In this document: positions 63,621-64,000 of the stretch, in pieces
How the letters are laid out: each line of letters opens with the position of its first letter
Numbering within the stretch: the stretch's first letter is position 1
Source: Octopus sinensis
Lineage: Eukaryota
DNA length: 64,000 nt
Direction: 5' to 3'
Assembly (NCBI RefSeq): GCF_006345805.1
Contig: NC_043000.1
Location: 4,402,001 to 4,466,000, forward strand
Translations under genes and position numbers: made by a program
The notes under the pieces: model-generated
Databases searched by the model: none
Seen by the model: the letters and a program-made list of their open reading frames with translations, nothing else
What the model was told of the DNA's origin: nothing

Positions 63621-64000
63621 TTCTTTATTAGCCACACAGGGCTGCACACAGATAGAACAAATTACAAGGTAGAGCTTTCTTTTGAAGGTTTAAAAAAAAA
63701 AAAAAAAAGGAAGGGGAGTTTCGATCAAAAGGATCGTAAAAGGAGAGAAAGAGGACAAAAAAAAGGGGGTTAAAAAAAAAAAAAAAAAAGGGGGAGAGGA
63801 AAAAAAATTGATCAATAGGGATCGTTATCACAGAAATGTCAATATGAAGTGTAAAGGGGAGGACAGGTGAGGTTTACCCGTGGAAAGAAAAGCCTACGGA
63901 AAAGACCACGGTAACCTCGGTCAATGAAGTCACATTTTATATTTCTTTTTTTTTTTTTTTTTTTTTTTGCAAATAAGCAACTCTCTGTTTTCGATTTCTG

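Overview
AT-rich, microsatellite-dense animal genomic DNA made almost entirely of transposon debris. The repeat spectrum is what I recall for Octopus, but the taxon is an inference. I cannot confidently identify any host protein-coding gene. Contents: at least five SINE-type families, RTE, CR1-like and R4-like LINE fragments, a degraded hAT transposase, mariner remnants, piggyBac and hAT MITEs, Helentron-like elements, a probable solo LTR, and U6 and tRNA-Gly retrocopies each fused to the same SINE. The main hidden signal is five unrelated short repeat families at six loci (about 5.9, 19.4, 40.1, 42.7-43.2, 43.8 and 46.7-47.0 kb). Each sits in a fold-back (inverted duplication) and carries a minimal type I hammerhead-ribozyme-like motif whose palindromic stem III would favour dimer folding. 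Across families the catalytic 3-8 pair co-varies (C3:G8, G3:C8, U3:A8, U3.G8). One family is a 358-bp tandem, circularly permuted retrozyme-like unit and another has a tRNA-derived Pol III head. In a third, the inversion breakpoint coincides with the predicted cleavage site. All ribozyme folds were derived by eye and are untested, and many repeat boundaries are approximate.
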